This document shows positions 9,147 through 16,542 of a stretch of DNA of 64,000 bases, piece by piece. A program made the translations under genes and the position numbers. How positions within the stretch are numbered: the first letter of the stretch is position 1; each line of letters opens with the position of its first letter. Under the pieces are notes generated by a model. The model was not told where the DNA came from, ran no database searches, and worked only from the letters and a program-made list of their open reading frames with translations. Source of the DNA: Gemmatimonadota bacterium (GTDB lineage Bacteria > Gemmatimonadota > Gemmatimonadetes > Gemmatimonadales > GWC2-71-9); the NCBI GenBank assembly GCA_039591075.1, contig JBDHEI010000004.1:29537-93536 (forward strand), given 5' to 3'.

Positions 9147-9472
9147 GTGCGGGGTGGTACTGGTTCTACAGCTACCGGTACGGACATGGCCTTGGACCCG
9201 CGGCACAGGAATACCTGGGCGACATGGTGGGTCGATTCGGCCGGGAGCGGTTCGAGCGGTTCTGGACATCCGATGCGCCGCTCGAGGAGGCGTTCGAAGA
9301 GGCGATGGGTATGCCGCTCGATCAGTGGACCATGCAATGGGCACGGACCTACATCGGCGTGCCGCGCACCGCAGGGCAACTTCCATGGGGCTCGGCCGTT
9401 CTCTCACTAGTGCTGGCTGCCGCGCTCGTGGGCGGTGCGGGGCTTTACGCCCAGCGGCGGCAGGTTGGTTAG
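9134..9472 (+). pseudogene. Truncated third paralogue of the 5938-7089 gene; C-terminal part only, possibly still expressed as a 112-aa membrane-anchored protein
   Basis: Encodes YLGDMVGRFGRERFERFWTSDAPLEEAFEEAMGMPLDQWTMQWARTY plus a TM helix, collinear with the last ~110 aa of 5938-7089. Nucleotides 9251-9295 match 6868-6912 at 40/45 positions by hand count. The ATG lies inside the second tRNA-end repeat. Confidence 0.55.
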
Positions 9473-9492
9473 GCGGTTAGGCGGTTGGGCGG
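9467..9492 (+). repeat. Tandem octamer array, left arm (GGTTAGGC GGTTAGGC GGTTGGGC GG)
   Basis: Read directly from the sequence. It overlaps the TAG stop of the truncated paralogue. It is the reverse complement of units in the 9575-9630 array. Confidence 0.9.
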
Positions 9493-9565
9493 TAAGTTCC
9501 TCCACAGAGGTCTGAGACGAAGTGGGTCGTCACGACGAAAGAGGACAACCCAACTCCGGGTTCCC

Positions 9566-11113
9566 ATGTCCGATCCAACCGCCCAACCGCCTACCCGCCT
9601 AACCGCTGAACCGCCTAACCGCCTAATCGACGACTGCCTGTCGACGAGGAACGGGCATCTCTTCGTCGAACAGTGCGATACGACGGATCTGGTGAGCCGG
9701 TTCGGTTCGCCGCTGTTCGTGATCTCCGAAGACCAGCTGCGCCGTAACGTGCGCCGGTTTCAGGCCGCGTTTGCGAGCGGGTGGCCCGATGGGCCGGTCA
9801 AGGTGCTGCCGGCCGCCAAGGCCAACTGGATTGCTGCCGTGCAGCACATCCTTGCCAGCGAAGGCTGCGGTTGCGACGTCTACTCGGCCGGTGAGCTCAC
9901 GGTGGCCCTACGGGCCGGCTTCGAACCCCAATACATCTCGGTCAACGGTGTGCCGAAAGACGACGAGCACATCTACCGATGCGTCCAGGAAGGTGTGCGC
10001 ATCACGATCGACAGCGTGGAGGAAGTGGACGCCATCGAGCGCGCGGCGACAGCGCTCGACGGCGTCGCCACGGTGCGGCTGCGGCTCAAACCCGCGCTCG
10101 CCGGGTTCGTGCGACACAGTGAGTTCGTGGCAGAAGGACTCGTCCCCACCGACATTGCCGCCCTCGCCTACAAGGGCGGGCTCGCGTTCGACGACGCAGT
10201 GGCGGTCGGCCGCCGCCTGCTCGCGATGGAGCACGTCGAGCTGGTGGGATTCCACCAGCATCACGGCCGGCACCACCGGTCGCTGCGCTACTGGGAAGAA
10301 CAGATGCGTGCCTTTGCCGCCGAGATCGCACGCGTGTGCGAGGCCCTGGGTGGATACCGTCCCCGCGAGATTGACATCGGCGGCGGGTTCGCGATTCCGC
10401 GGGATCCGTTCAATGCCGTGACTGATTACACCGAGCCACTGCAACTCGCCGTGCTCCACACCCTGTCGAAAGGGCTTTGGGTGTTGGGGCGCCGAGGGCG
10501 GTACGGCGTTCTGCGTCAACTCGTCGATCTGTTCGCGAGCAAGCCGAATGAGACGCCGGCCCCCAGCATCGAGGACTACGCCCGGGTGTGCACCGAAACG
10601 CTGCGGGATTCGCTCCACCGCGTGGGGATCGCCACCGAGGGGCTGCTGCTCGAGCTCGAGCCGGGCCGCTCGATCCACGGTGATGCCGGGATCCACCTGA
10701 CGACGGTGCGGAGCATCAAGCGCATGACCCACCCGATTCGATTCAACCTGGTGGTGGTGGACAGCACCGAGTTCTGGCTCACGGGTGGGCGCTACGAACA
10801 CCACCTGCACGACTATGTGTTCGCCAGCAAGACGGACGCCCCGCTCGAGGGCAAAGCCGACATCATCGGGCGGAGTTGCTTTGGCGATCGCCTGATGCCG
10901 CTGGTCAGGGTCCCCCAGGTTGAGGTAGGCGACCTCCTGGCGCTGCTGGATACGGGGGCCTACCAGGAGGTCTCGACGAGCAACTTCAATGCGCTGCCCC
11001 GGCCAGCCACGGTGCTGGTCACGGGCGATCAGGCGGCGATCGTCCGGCGGGCGGAGACCGAGACCGACGTGCTCCGCCGGGACATCCTTCCGGCACACCT
11101 GGGGAGGGGCTGA
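9566..11113 (+). CDS. PLP-dependent decarboxylase, Orn/DAP/Arg decarboxylase (alanine-racemase fold) family
   Basis: PLP-Lys context LPAAKANW, plus IDIGGGFAIP, LEPGRSIHG and active-site Cys GRSCFGD. The ATG at 9566 is preferred over the TTG at 9485. At 515 aa it is longer than typical LysA. Confidence 0.85.
   Translation: MSDPTAQPPTRLTAEPPNRLIDDCLSTRNGHLFVEQCDTTDLVSRFGSPLFVISEDQLRRNVRRFQAAFASGWPDGPVKVLPAAKANWIAAVQHILASEGCGCDVYSAGELTVALRAGFEPQYISVNGVPKDDEHIYRCVQEGVRITIDSVEEVDAIERAATALDGVATVRLRLKPALAGFVRHSEFVAEGLVPTDIAALAYKGGLAFDDAVAVGRRLLAMEHVELVGFHQHHGRHHRSLRYWEEQMRAFAAEIARVCEALGGYRPREIDIGGGFAIPRDPFNAVTDYTEPLQLAVLHTLSKGLWVLGRRGRYGVLRQLVDLFASKPNETPAPSIEDYARVCTETLRDSLHRVGIATEGLLLELEPGRSIHGDAGIHLTTVRSIKRMTHPIRFNLVVVDSTEFWLTGGRYEHHLHDYVFASKTDAPLEGKADIIGRSCFGDRLMPLVRVPQVEVGDLLALLDTGAYQEVSTSNFNALPRPATVLVTGDQAAIVRRAETETDVLRRDILPAHLGRG
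9575..9630 (+). repeat. Tandem octamer array, right arm (about 7 units of CYAACCGC) inside the 5' coding end of the decarboxylase
   Basis: Reads ccaaccgc ccaaccgc ctacccgc ctaaccgc tgaaccgc ctaaccgc ctaatcga, starting 9 nt after the ATG at 9566. It encodes the 8-aa periodicity PTAQPPTRL/TAEPPNRL. Confidence 0.9.
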
Positions 11114-11138
11114 GCGGAGGAGCGTCTCTCCGCGCCCG

Positions 11139-11167
11139 GCTTCACGCCCGCTTCACACCAGCTTCAT
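11139..11167 (+). promoter_or_regulatory. Three direct repeats GCTTCAC/GCTTCAC/GCTTCAT phased at exactly 11 bp
   Basis: Repeats start at 11139, 11150 and 11161, about 55 bp upstream of the ATG at 11223. The arrangement resembles winged-helix response-regulator sites. Confidence 0.4.
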
Positions 11168-11222
11168 CGCCCGCTGGCGATAGGTGAGTCCTACTCTGCA
11201 AACACCCGTAGAAGGAGACGGC

Positions 11223-11459
11223 ATGGCACTCGTAGTGCGTGAGGAAGTCCGACGGTCCGCGACGGACTGCCGCAAAGAGCTGAGCTGCCTGGCCGGAGAC
11301 GGGACGGACCTGTGCCCGGTGAAAGATTGCGTTGCCGGCACGGTTCACTTCATCGAGTGCCGATCAGAGGGCTATTGCTCGTACAAGCAGGCGTTTGGTG
11401 ACGCCCCTCTCTGTAGCTGTCCGGTTCGCAAAGAGCTGTACCGCGCGTACCGGGTTTGA
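11223..11459 (+). CDS. Small 8-cysteine protein (78 aa), putative metal/Fe-S binding
   Basis: Good SD (gaaggagacggcATG). Cys at positions 16, 22, 31, 36, 46, 52, 64 and 66, with a terminal LCSCPVRKELYRAY motif. The family is not confidently recognised. Confidence 0.6.
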   Translation: MALVVREEVRRSATDCRKELSCLAGDGTDLCPVKDCVAGTVHFIECRSEGYCSYKQAFGDAPLCSCPVRKELYRAYRV

Positions 11460-11624
11460 GAGCCCGACAGGAGCAGGCGCCCATCTGGACTGCAGTAAAC
11501 CGCATAAGTGAGATATCCCGTTCCGAAGGCCGTGGCCTTGGGCGGCAGCGAATGCCTGGGCTCGGTTCCCAATCGGGCCCACTGAGCAGCGAGATGCCGG
11601 ATCGCGGAACGCCCTAGACTCCCG

Positions 11625-11746
11625 CTGACCAACAGGTCAGCTCCATGCGAGGCCTTTGTGGCTGGAATGCCCGGATGTGCTTCGGGTGCCAGCCGCGTTC
11701 GGCGTCGCGAGGGGCTACACAAGCGACGTACTGACCTCAGGGTCAG
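11625..11746. repeat. Two perfect 16-bp palindromes CTGACC-N4-GGTCAG, 106 bp apart
   Basis: ctgaccaacaggtcag at 11625-11640 and ctgacctcagggtcag at 11731-11746. A related CCGACC-N9-GGTCGG lies at 11856-11876. Confidence 0.7.
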
Positions 11747-11894
11747 GTGGCGGTAGCTGCTCCAACCGCGCTGGAAGTGTTGGCTCCACTGACCGGAGCA
11801 CCTACCCTTTGGCCTTTCGTGGCCGTCGCACCGGTCGTTGGCTCCGGGATAGAGCCCGACCGCACCCTCAGGTCGGTCCCCCAGAATCTGGCAG

Positions 11895-11933
11895 TTGACC
11901 AGATCTCTGTAACAAGTATCTTATCACCAAGAT
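11895..11933 (+). promoter_or_regulatory. Putative sigma70-type promoter and operator for the MarR-fusion gene; would give a leaderless or near-leaderless mRNA
   Basis: TTGACC at 11895-11900, a 16-nt spacer, then TATCTT at 11917-11922; the ATG is at 11932. An inverted repeat ATCTT-N6-AAGAT (11918-11933) overlaps the -10 and the start codon. Confidence 0.4.
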
Positions 11934-13965
11934 GAATAGCACTGAGGGGTCTGGCCGTCCTGGACCCACCCCAAGTGCGAACTCGGCCACGGAGTTCTGG
12001 GAGGTTTTGGCCCGGGCCCATGCCCTGGTTGAGGCCCGGGTGGCCGAGCATGCGAGCCGGCATGACCTGACACTTGCTGAGTTCGGTGCGCTCGAGGCGC
12101 TCAGCCGACAGGGCCCGATGTTGCTCGGCGAGCTCCAGCGCCACGTCCTGGTCTCGAGCGGCGGCATGACCTATCTGGTCGATCGGCTCGAGTCGAGGGG
12201 ACTGGTGACTCGGCAGCCGAGTCCCACCGATCGCCGGGCGCGGTTCGCGGTGCTGACCGAAGACGGGCAGCGCCTGATAGACCGGATTGCCCCGGAACAT
12301 GTCCGCGCCGTCGCCGACGCGGTCGGTGGTATGAGCGCCGCAGAGCAACGGCAGGCAAGCACGCTGCTGCGGGCACTGGGTCTGGGCGTGGCAGAACCTG
12401 AGCGAGCCGCCGCCGCTCCAGCCGCGGTACTGCCGGCGGAGCCTGTGGTGTTGACCCGACCGGCACCGGTGGCCGCACGCATCGAGCCCCCGCAACCCGC
12501 TCCACCGGAGGTCGCCCAGCCGGCCCCGGTCGAAGTCCCCCAGGAGCCCGAACCGGAAGAGCCGACCCGACCCGAGCCGGAGGAAGTTGCCGCGGGGGGG
12601 CCGGCACCGGCGTTGGCTCCGGAGGACGTGGAGTGGGTCGAGGCAAGCGAGCCTGTGCCGGACGAGGAGCCAGCGCTCTTGATCGGGCCGGAGACCACCA
12701 TCCTCGTTATCGACGACGACCGCAGCACCCGGAGGGTGGCCAAGTCGGCCCTGGCGGGCCCGGGCCGCGAGATCATTGCCGTCGATTCGGCGGCCGAGGC
12801 GGAGCGGGCGCTGGCGCGACACGACGTGGCGCTGGTCGTTCTGTCACTCGTGCTCCCGGACGCCGACGGCCGAGCTGTATACACCCGGCTCAGCCGCCAG
12901 CGGACCACCGCGGCCATTCCCGTGATCATGGTGGCCTCCAAGGTGGGCGAGCGGGCAAGGGTGGAGTGTCTCGGGCTTGGTGTTGCCGAGTGGTTCGAGA
13001 AACCGATCGACGGCGGGGCGCTGGCACAGGCGGCCGATGCATTGCTCGAAGGCGGCTTGGTCCCGATCGCGTCGTCGGCGGATCCGGTGACCGCGGCCCT
13101 GAATCGCGCCGCGTTCGCCGAAGCGTACGAGCGCGAGGTCACCGCCCGGACGGACGATCCGACACCCACCGCACTCGCACTGCTCGATTTGGACGCCATT
13201 TCCGCGGTGAATCGTGAGCACGGCCGAGACATTGGTGACCGCGTGCTGCGTCAAATACGCGAGCTCCTGTCAGGCGTCCTCCGTGATACTGACGTCGTTG
13301 CCCGCTGGCGTGACGATGAGTTCGTGGTGCTCTTCCCGCAGTCGGATCCGGCGACCGCGACGCGCCTGCTCACCAGGACACAGGCCCTGCTCACCACGTC
13401 GCCGCCTACCGCACCGGACGGGACCGAGATCCCGATCACGTTCTCCGCGGGGATTGCCACGGCCAGCCCGCTTACCTCGATGGAAGAGGCCGTGGCCACC
13501 GCCGATCGCGCGCTGAGCCGGGCCAAGAGTGGAGGGCCGTCCCGCGTCGTGTCCGTCGAAGACGAGTCCACCGAGGCCCCGACCACCGTGCTCGTTGCCG
13601 AAGACGATCGGGTCACGGCGACCCTCGTGCGGCATCGGCTCGAGCGGGCCGGGTTCGAAGTCGTACACTGTGAGTCCGGTACTCTGGCGCTCGAGGCGGC
13701 GGAACAAGTGGCGTTCGGTCTCTGCATTTCGGACATCCGGATGCCCGGACTCGACGGCTTCGAGCTGGTGAAGCGCCTGCGGGCGTTGCCGCAGTACGAG
13801 GCCGTGCCGATCCTGATGCTGACGAGCCTTGGCCGCGAGGAGGACATTGTGCGTGCGTTCAGCCTCGGCGCCAGCGATTACATGACCAAACCGTTTTCGC
13901 CCGTGGAGCTTCTCGCCCGGGTGCAGCGTTTGCTGCGCCGCCGAGTCTCCTCGTCGCCGGCATGA
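11932..13965 (+). CDS. MarR-type wHTH / Pro-Ala linker / pseudo-receiver / degenerate GGDEF (RDDEF, I-site RxxD intact) / canonical receiver fusion protein
   Basis: MarR sequence LTLAEFGALEALSRQGPMLLGELQRHVLVSSGGMTYLVDRLESRGLVTRQPSPTDRRA. REC1 is ILVIDDD...LVVLSLVLPDADG, with Ser at the phospho-Asp position. The GGDEF fold shows LNRAAF, LLDLDAISAVNREHGRDIGD, RDTDVVARWRDDEFVV and ADRALSRAKSGG. REC2 is VLVAEDD...ISDIRMPGLDG...YMTKPF. Confidence 0.85.
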   Translation: MNSTEGSGRPGPTPSANSATEFWEVLARAHALVEARVAEHASRHDLTLAEFGALEALSRQGPMLLGELQRHVLVSSGGMTYLVDRLESRGLVTRQPSPTDRRARFAVLTEDGQRLIDRIAPEHVRAVADAVGGMSAAEQRQASTLLRALGLGVAEPERAAAAPAAVLPAEPVVLTRPAPVAARIEPPQPAPPEVAQPAPVEVPQEPEPEEPTRPEPEEVAAGGPAPALAPEDVEWVEASEPVPDEEPALLIGPETTILVIDDDRSTRRVAKSALAGPGREIIAVDSAAEAERALARHDVALVVLSLVLPDADGRAVYTRLSRQRTTAAIPVIMVASKVGERARVECLGLGVAEWFEKPIDGGALAQAADALLEGGLVPIASSADPVTAALNRAAFAEAYEREVTARTDDPTPTALALLDLDAISAVNREHGRDIGDRVLRQIRELLSGVLRDTDVVARWRDDEFVVLFPQSDPATATRLLTRTQALLTTSPPTAPDGTEIPITFSAGIATASPLTSMEEAVATADRALSRAKSGGPSRVVSVEDESTEAPTTVLVAEDDRVTATLVRHRLERAGFEVVHCESGTLALEAAEQVAFGLCISDIRMPGLDGFELVKRLRALPQYEAVPILMLTSLGREEDIVRAFSLGASDYMTKPFSPVELLARVQRLLRRRVSSSPA

Positions 13966-13981
13966 CCGAGCGCATCTGACC

Positions 13982-15040
13982 ATGCCCCTGAACTTCGGCC
14001 TCGGTGAGCAGCTCCTGCTCTTTCTCGCAATCGGCATCGGGATCCTGATGCTGTTCGCGCTGGGTTTTGCTGGTTCGGTGGTGCTGCTCCGCCTGCACCA
14101 TCAACGTCGCGCCGAAAAGTGGAGCGTGCTGGAAGCCAAGTGGGAAGATGCGATTCTCGAGATGCTGGCCGAGGACCGCGATCCATCGACGGTTCACGCG
14201 CTCGTGGCGGAGGGCGACGAACTGTTCTGCGTGAGCTACATCATGCGCTACGCCAGCAGGCTGTCCGGTCCTGAGCGCGAGCGGCTGCAGGAGCTTGCCC
14301 GGCCGTACCTGCCGCTGGTCGTGCCGCGCGCACAGCATCGGGACGCGCGACGACGGGCACGCGCCGTGCGGACGTTGGGTACGCTGGGGCTTCCCGAATA
14401 TGGCGACATCGTCGCCGCCGCCCTCGGTGATGATTCGCCGTTGGTTTCCATGGTGGCCGCCCGGGCGTTGGCACGGGGTAAGGATCCCGACTACGTCGTA
14501 CCGGTGCTCGACCACCTCGATCGATTCACAGCATGGAGCCCGAACTTCCTGGCATCGATGCTCGCGAGCATTGGCCCCGGCGCGACGCCCGCGCTACGGG
14601 TGGTGTTCGCGGACGCCAAGCGCCCGCCCGAGGTGCGCGCCGTCGCGGCCACGGCCCTCGGTTACCTCAACGATCTCGCTGGTGGTGACATCGCCGTCCA
14701 GGTGCTCGCACTGGCGTCGGACCGTGAGCTGCTGGCAGCGGCGCTGCGCCTGATCGGCAGAGTGGGGCATCGGGACCATCGCTCGGCCGTGCTGCCGTTT
14801 CTCACGGCGTCTGATTTCTACGTGCGGGCCACCGCTGCGAGCGCGCTTGGCGGTGTCGGGGACAAAGAAGACCTCGAGCTTCTCCGGATCGCGTGTGAGG
14901 ACGACTCCCGGTGGGTCGCCATCCACGCTGCGCGCGCCCTGCGTGATGCGGGCGATATCAATTCGTTGCAACAGTTGGCTGCGTCGGGCGGGCCCCGCGC
15001 CACCCTGGCGTTGCAGGTGCTCTCCGAGGTGGGCGGATGA
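13982..15040 (+). CDS. Membrane-anchored HEAT-repeat protein
   Basis: N-terminal TM LLLFLAIGIGILMLFALGFAGSVVLL, followed by repeated HEAT/PBS-lyase-like units (ARAVRTLGTLGLPE, VSMVAARALAR, VRAVAATALGYL, VRATAASALGGVG, WVAIHAARALRDAG). Confidence 0.75.
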   Translation: MPLNFGLGEQLLLFLAIGIGILMLFALGFAGSVVLLRLHHQRRAEKWSVLEAKWEDAILEMLAEDRDPSTVHALVAEGDELFCVSYIMRYASRLSGPERERLQELARPYLPLVVPRAQHRDARRRARAVRTLGTLGLPEYGDIVAAALGDDSPLVSMVAARALARGKDPDYVVPVLDHLDRFTAWSPNFLASMLASIGPGATPALRVVFADAKRPPEVRAVAATALGYLNDLAGGDIAVQVLALASDRELLAAALRLIGRVGHRDHRSAVLPFLTASDFYVRATAASALGGVGDKEDLELLRIACEDDSRWVAIHAARALRDAGDINSLQQLAASGGPRATLALQVLSEVGG

Positions 15041-16542
15041 CGGGGACGGTGGGCGTCGTGCTCGTGCTGCTCGCCGCGTTCAACGGTCTCGTGCTCGTGT
15101 ATTTCGTCGTCCTGAACACGGTGTACCTCCTCACGAGCCTCATCGCGTTCCGGGACATCCGCCGCTACGTCGAGCGTCTCAAATCGCTGGACCTGGGAGA
15201 GTTGCTATCGTCGGAAGGCATTCCGCCGGTCACGATCATCGCGCCGGCATACAACGAGGAACCGACGTGTGTCGAGGCCGCACACTCCTTGCTCAGTCTC
15301 GAATACCAGCGGTTCGAGATCCTGTTCGTCAACGACGGGTCGCGGGACAACACGCTTTCGCGGATGCGGGAGGCGTTCGACCTCGTCCCCGCCGCGCGCC
15401 TGCCGACGGCGGACCTCGCCACCAAGCGGATTCGCAAGGTGTACCAGAGCAAGCGTCATCCCAATCTGTGGGTGATCGACAAGGAGAATGGTGGCAAGGC
15501 GGATGCGCTCAATGCCGGCGTGAACCTGTGTGTCACCCCGCTGTTCTGCGCCGTGGACGCCGACAGTTTGCTGGAACGCGAGGCGCTCACACGGATCGTC
15601 CGGCCGTTCCTGGAGGACCGGCGCACGATTGCCGCGGGTGGGGTGATCCGGATCGTCAACGACTGTACCGTGAGCGAGGGGAGCGTCACCGAAGTGCGAT
15701 TCCCACGGAACTGGTGGGCACGGTTCCAGGTGCTCGAGTATCTGCGCTCGTTCCTCGCCGGACGCATGGGGTGGTCGGTGCTCGATGCCACCCTGATCAT
15801 TTCGGGTGCGTTCGGCGTGTTCCGTCGGGAAACCGTGGTGGCGGCGGGCGGCTATGCGTCGCCCCAGACGTCCGGCGCGACTGTGGGGGAGGACATGGAG
15901 CTCGTGGTTCGGCTCCACCGGTACTGCCGCGAGCACAAGATCCCCTACCGGATCAGTTTTGTTCCGGACCCGGTGGCCTGGACCGAATGTCCGGAGACGC
16001 TTCGCGTGCTGGCGCGACAGCGAGACCGGTGGCAGCGCGGGATGGCCGAGAGCCTGATGCGCCACCGGCGCATGCTGTTCAACCCGCGCTATGGTAGGAT
16101 TGGGTCCCTGGCGTACCCGTACTTCCTGTTTCTGGAAACCCTGGGCCTCCTGGTGGAGATCGTGGGCTACGGCGCCTTTGTGCTGACATTGGCCCTGGGT
16201 CTCGTTTCGTACGTGCACGCCGCCGCGTTTCTGATGGCGGCGTTCGTGTTCGGGATGGTGTTGTCCATTGCGGCGGTCGGGCTCGAGGAGCTGGGCTTCC
16301 GCCGATACCCCCGGGTGTCGGATCTCTTGCGGCTCTTCGTGGTGGCCTCCGTGGAGAATTTCGGGTACCGACAGTTGATTTCCTTGTGGCGGCTGCACGG
16401 GCTGATCTCGGCACTGCGGGGCGTGCAAGGCTGGGGAGAAATGACACGAAAGGGCTTTTCGCCTTCCGGGCCACAGGGACCCGACAGCAGCGCGGCACCG
16501 CTAGACCGTTCACCGTCCACACGGAGGACAGGTGATGGCTGA
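15037..16542 (+). CDS. Processive family-2 glycosyltransferase (PgaC/IcaA/NodC/cellulose-synthase-like polysaccharide synthase)
   Basis: ATGA overlap with the HEAT gene. N-terminal TM, then [53 protein letters not shown] and the Q-x-x-RW motif RQRDRWQRG, followed by C-terminal TM helices. Confidence 0.88.
   Translation: MTGTVGVVLVLLAAFNGLVLVYFVVLNTVYLLTSLIAFRDIRRYVERLKSLDLGELLSSEGIPPVTIIAPAYNEEPTCVEAAHSLLSLEYQRFEILFVNDGSRDNTLSRMREAFDLVPAARLPTADLATKRIRKVYQSKRHPNLWVIDKENGGKADALNAGVNLCVTPLFCAVDADSLLEREALTRIVRPFLEDRRTIAAGGVIRIVNDCTVSEGSVTEVRFPRNWWARFQVLEYLRSFLAGRMGWSVLDATLIISGAFGVFRRETVVAAGGYASPQTSGATVGEDMELVVRLHRYCREHKIPYRISFVPDPVAWTECPETLRVLARQRDRWQRGMAESLMRHRRMLFNPRYGRIGSLAYPYFLFLETLGLLVEIVGYGAFVLTLALGLVSYVHAAAFLMAAFVFGMVLSIAAVGLEELGFRRYPRVSDLLRLFVVASVENFGYRQLISLWRLHGLISALRGVQGWGEMTRKGFSPSGPQGPDSSAAPLDRSPSTRRTGDG

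Noticed and set aside
9463-9630. Possible CRISPR array, suggested by short tandem repeats.
   Set aside because: The units are only 8 nt, directly abutting with no spacers, and lie partly inside a coding region. No cas genes are present anywhere in the window.
11460-11931. RNase P RNA, tmRNA, SRP RNA or 6S RNA in the two long ORF-free spacers (also 35902-36332).
   Set aside because: I searched by eye on both strands and found none of the hallmarks: GGAAAGTCCGGGC (RNase P), a tRNA-like GGTTCGA-TCC 3' end with an alanine tag ORF (tmRNA), or GGAAGGAAGCAGCC-type domain IV (SRP). Covariance-model searches are still needed.
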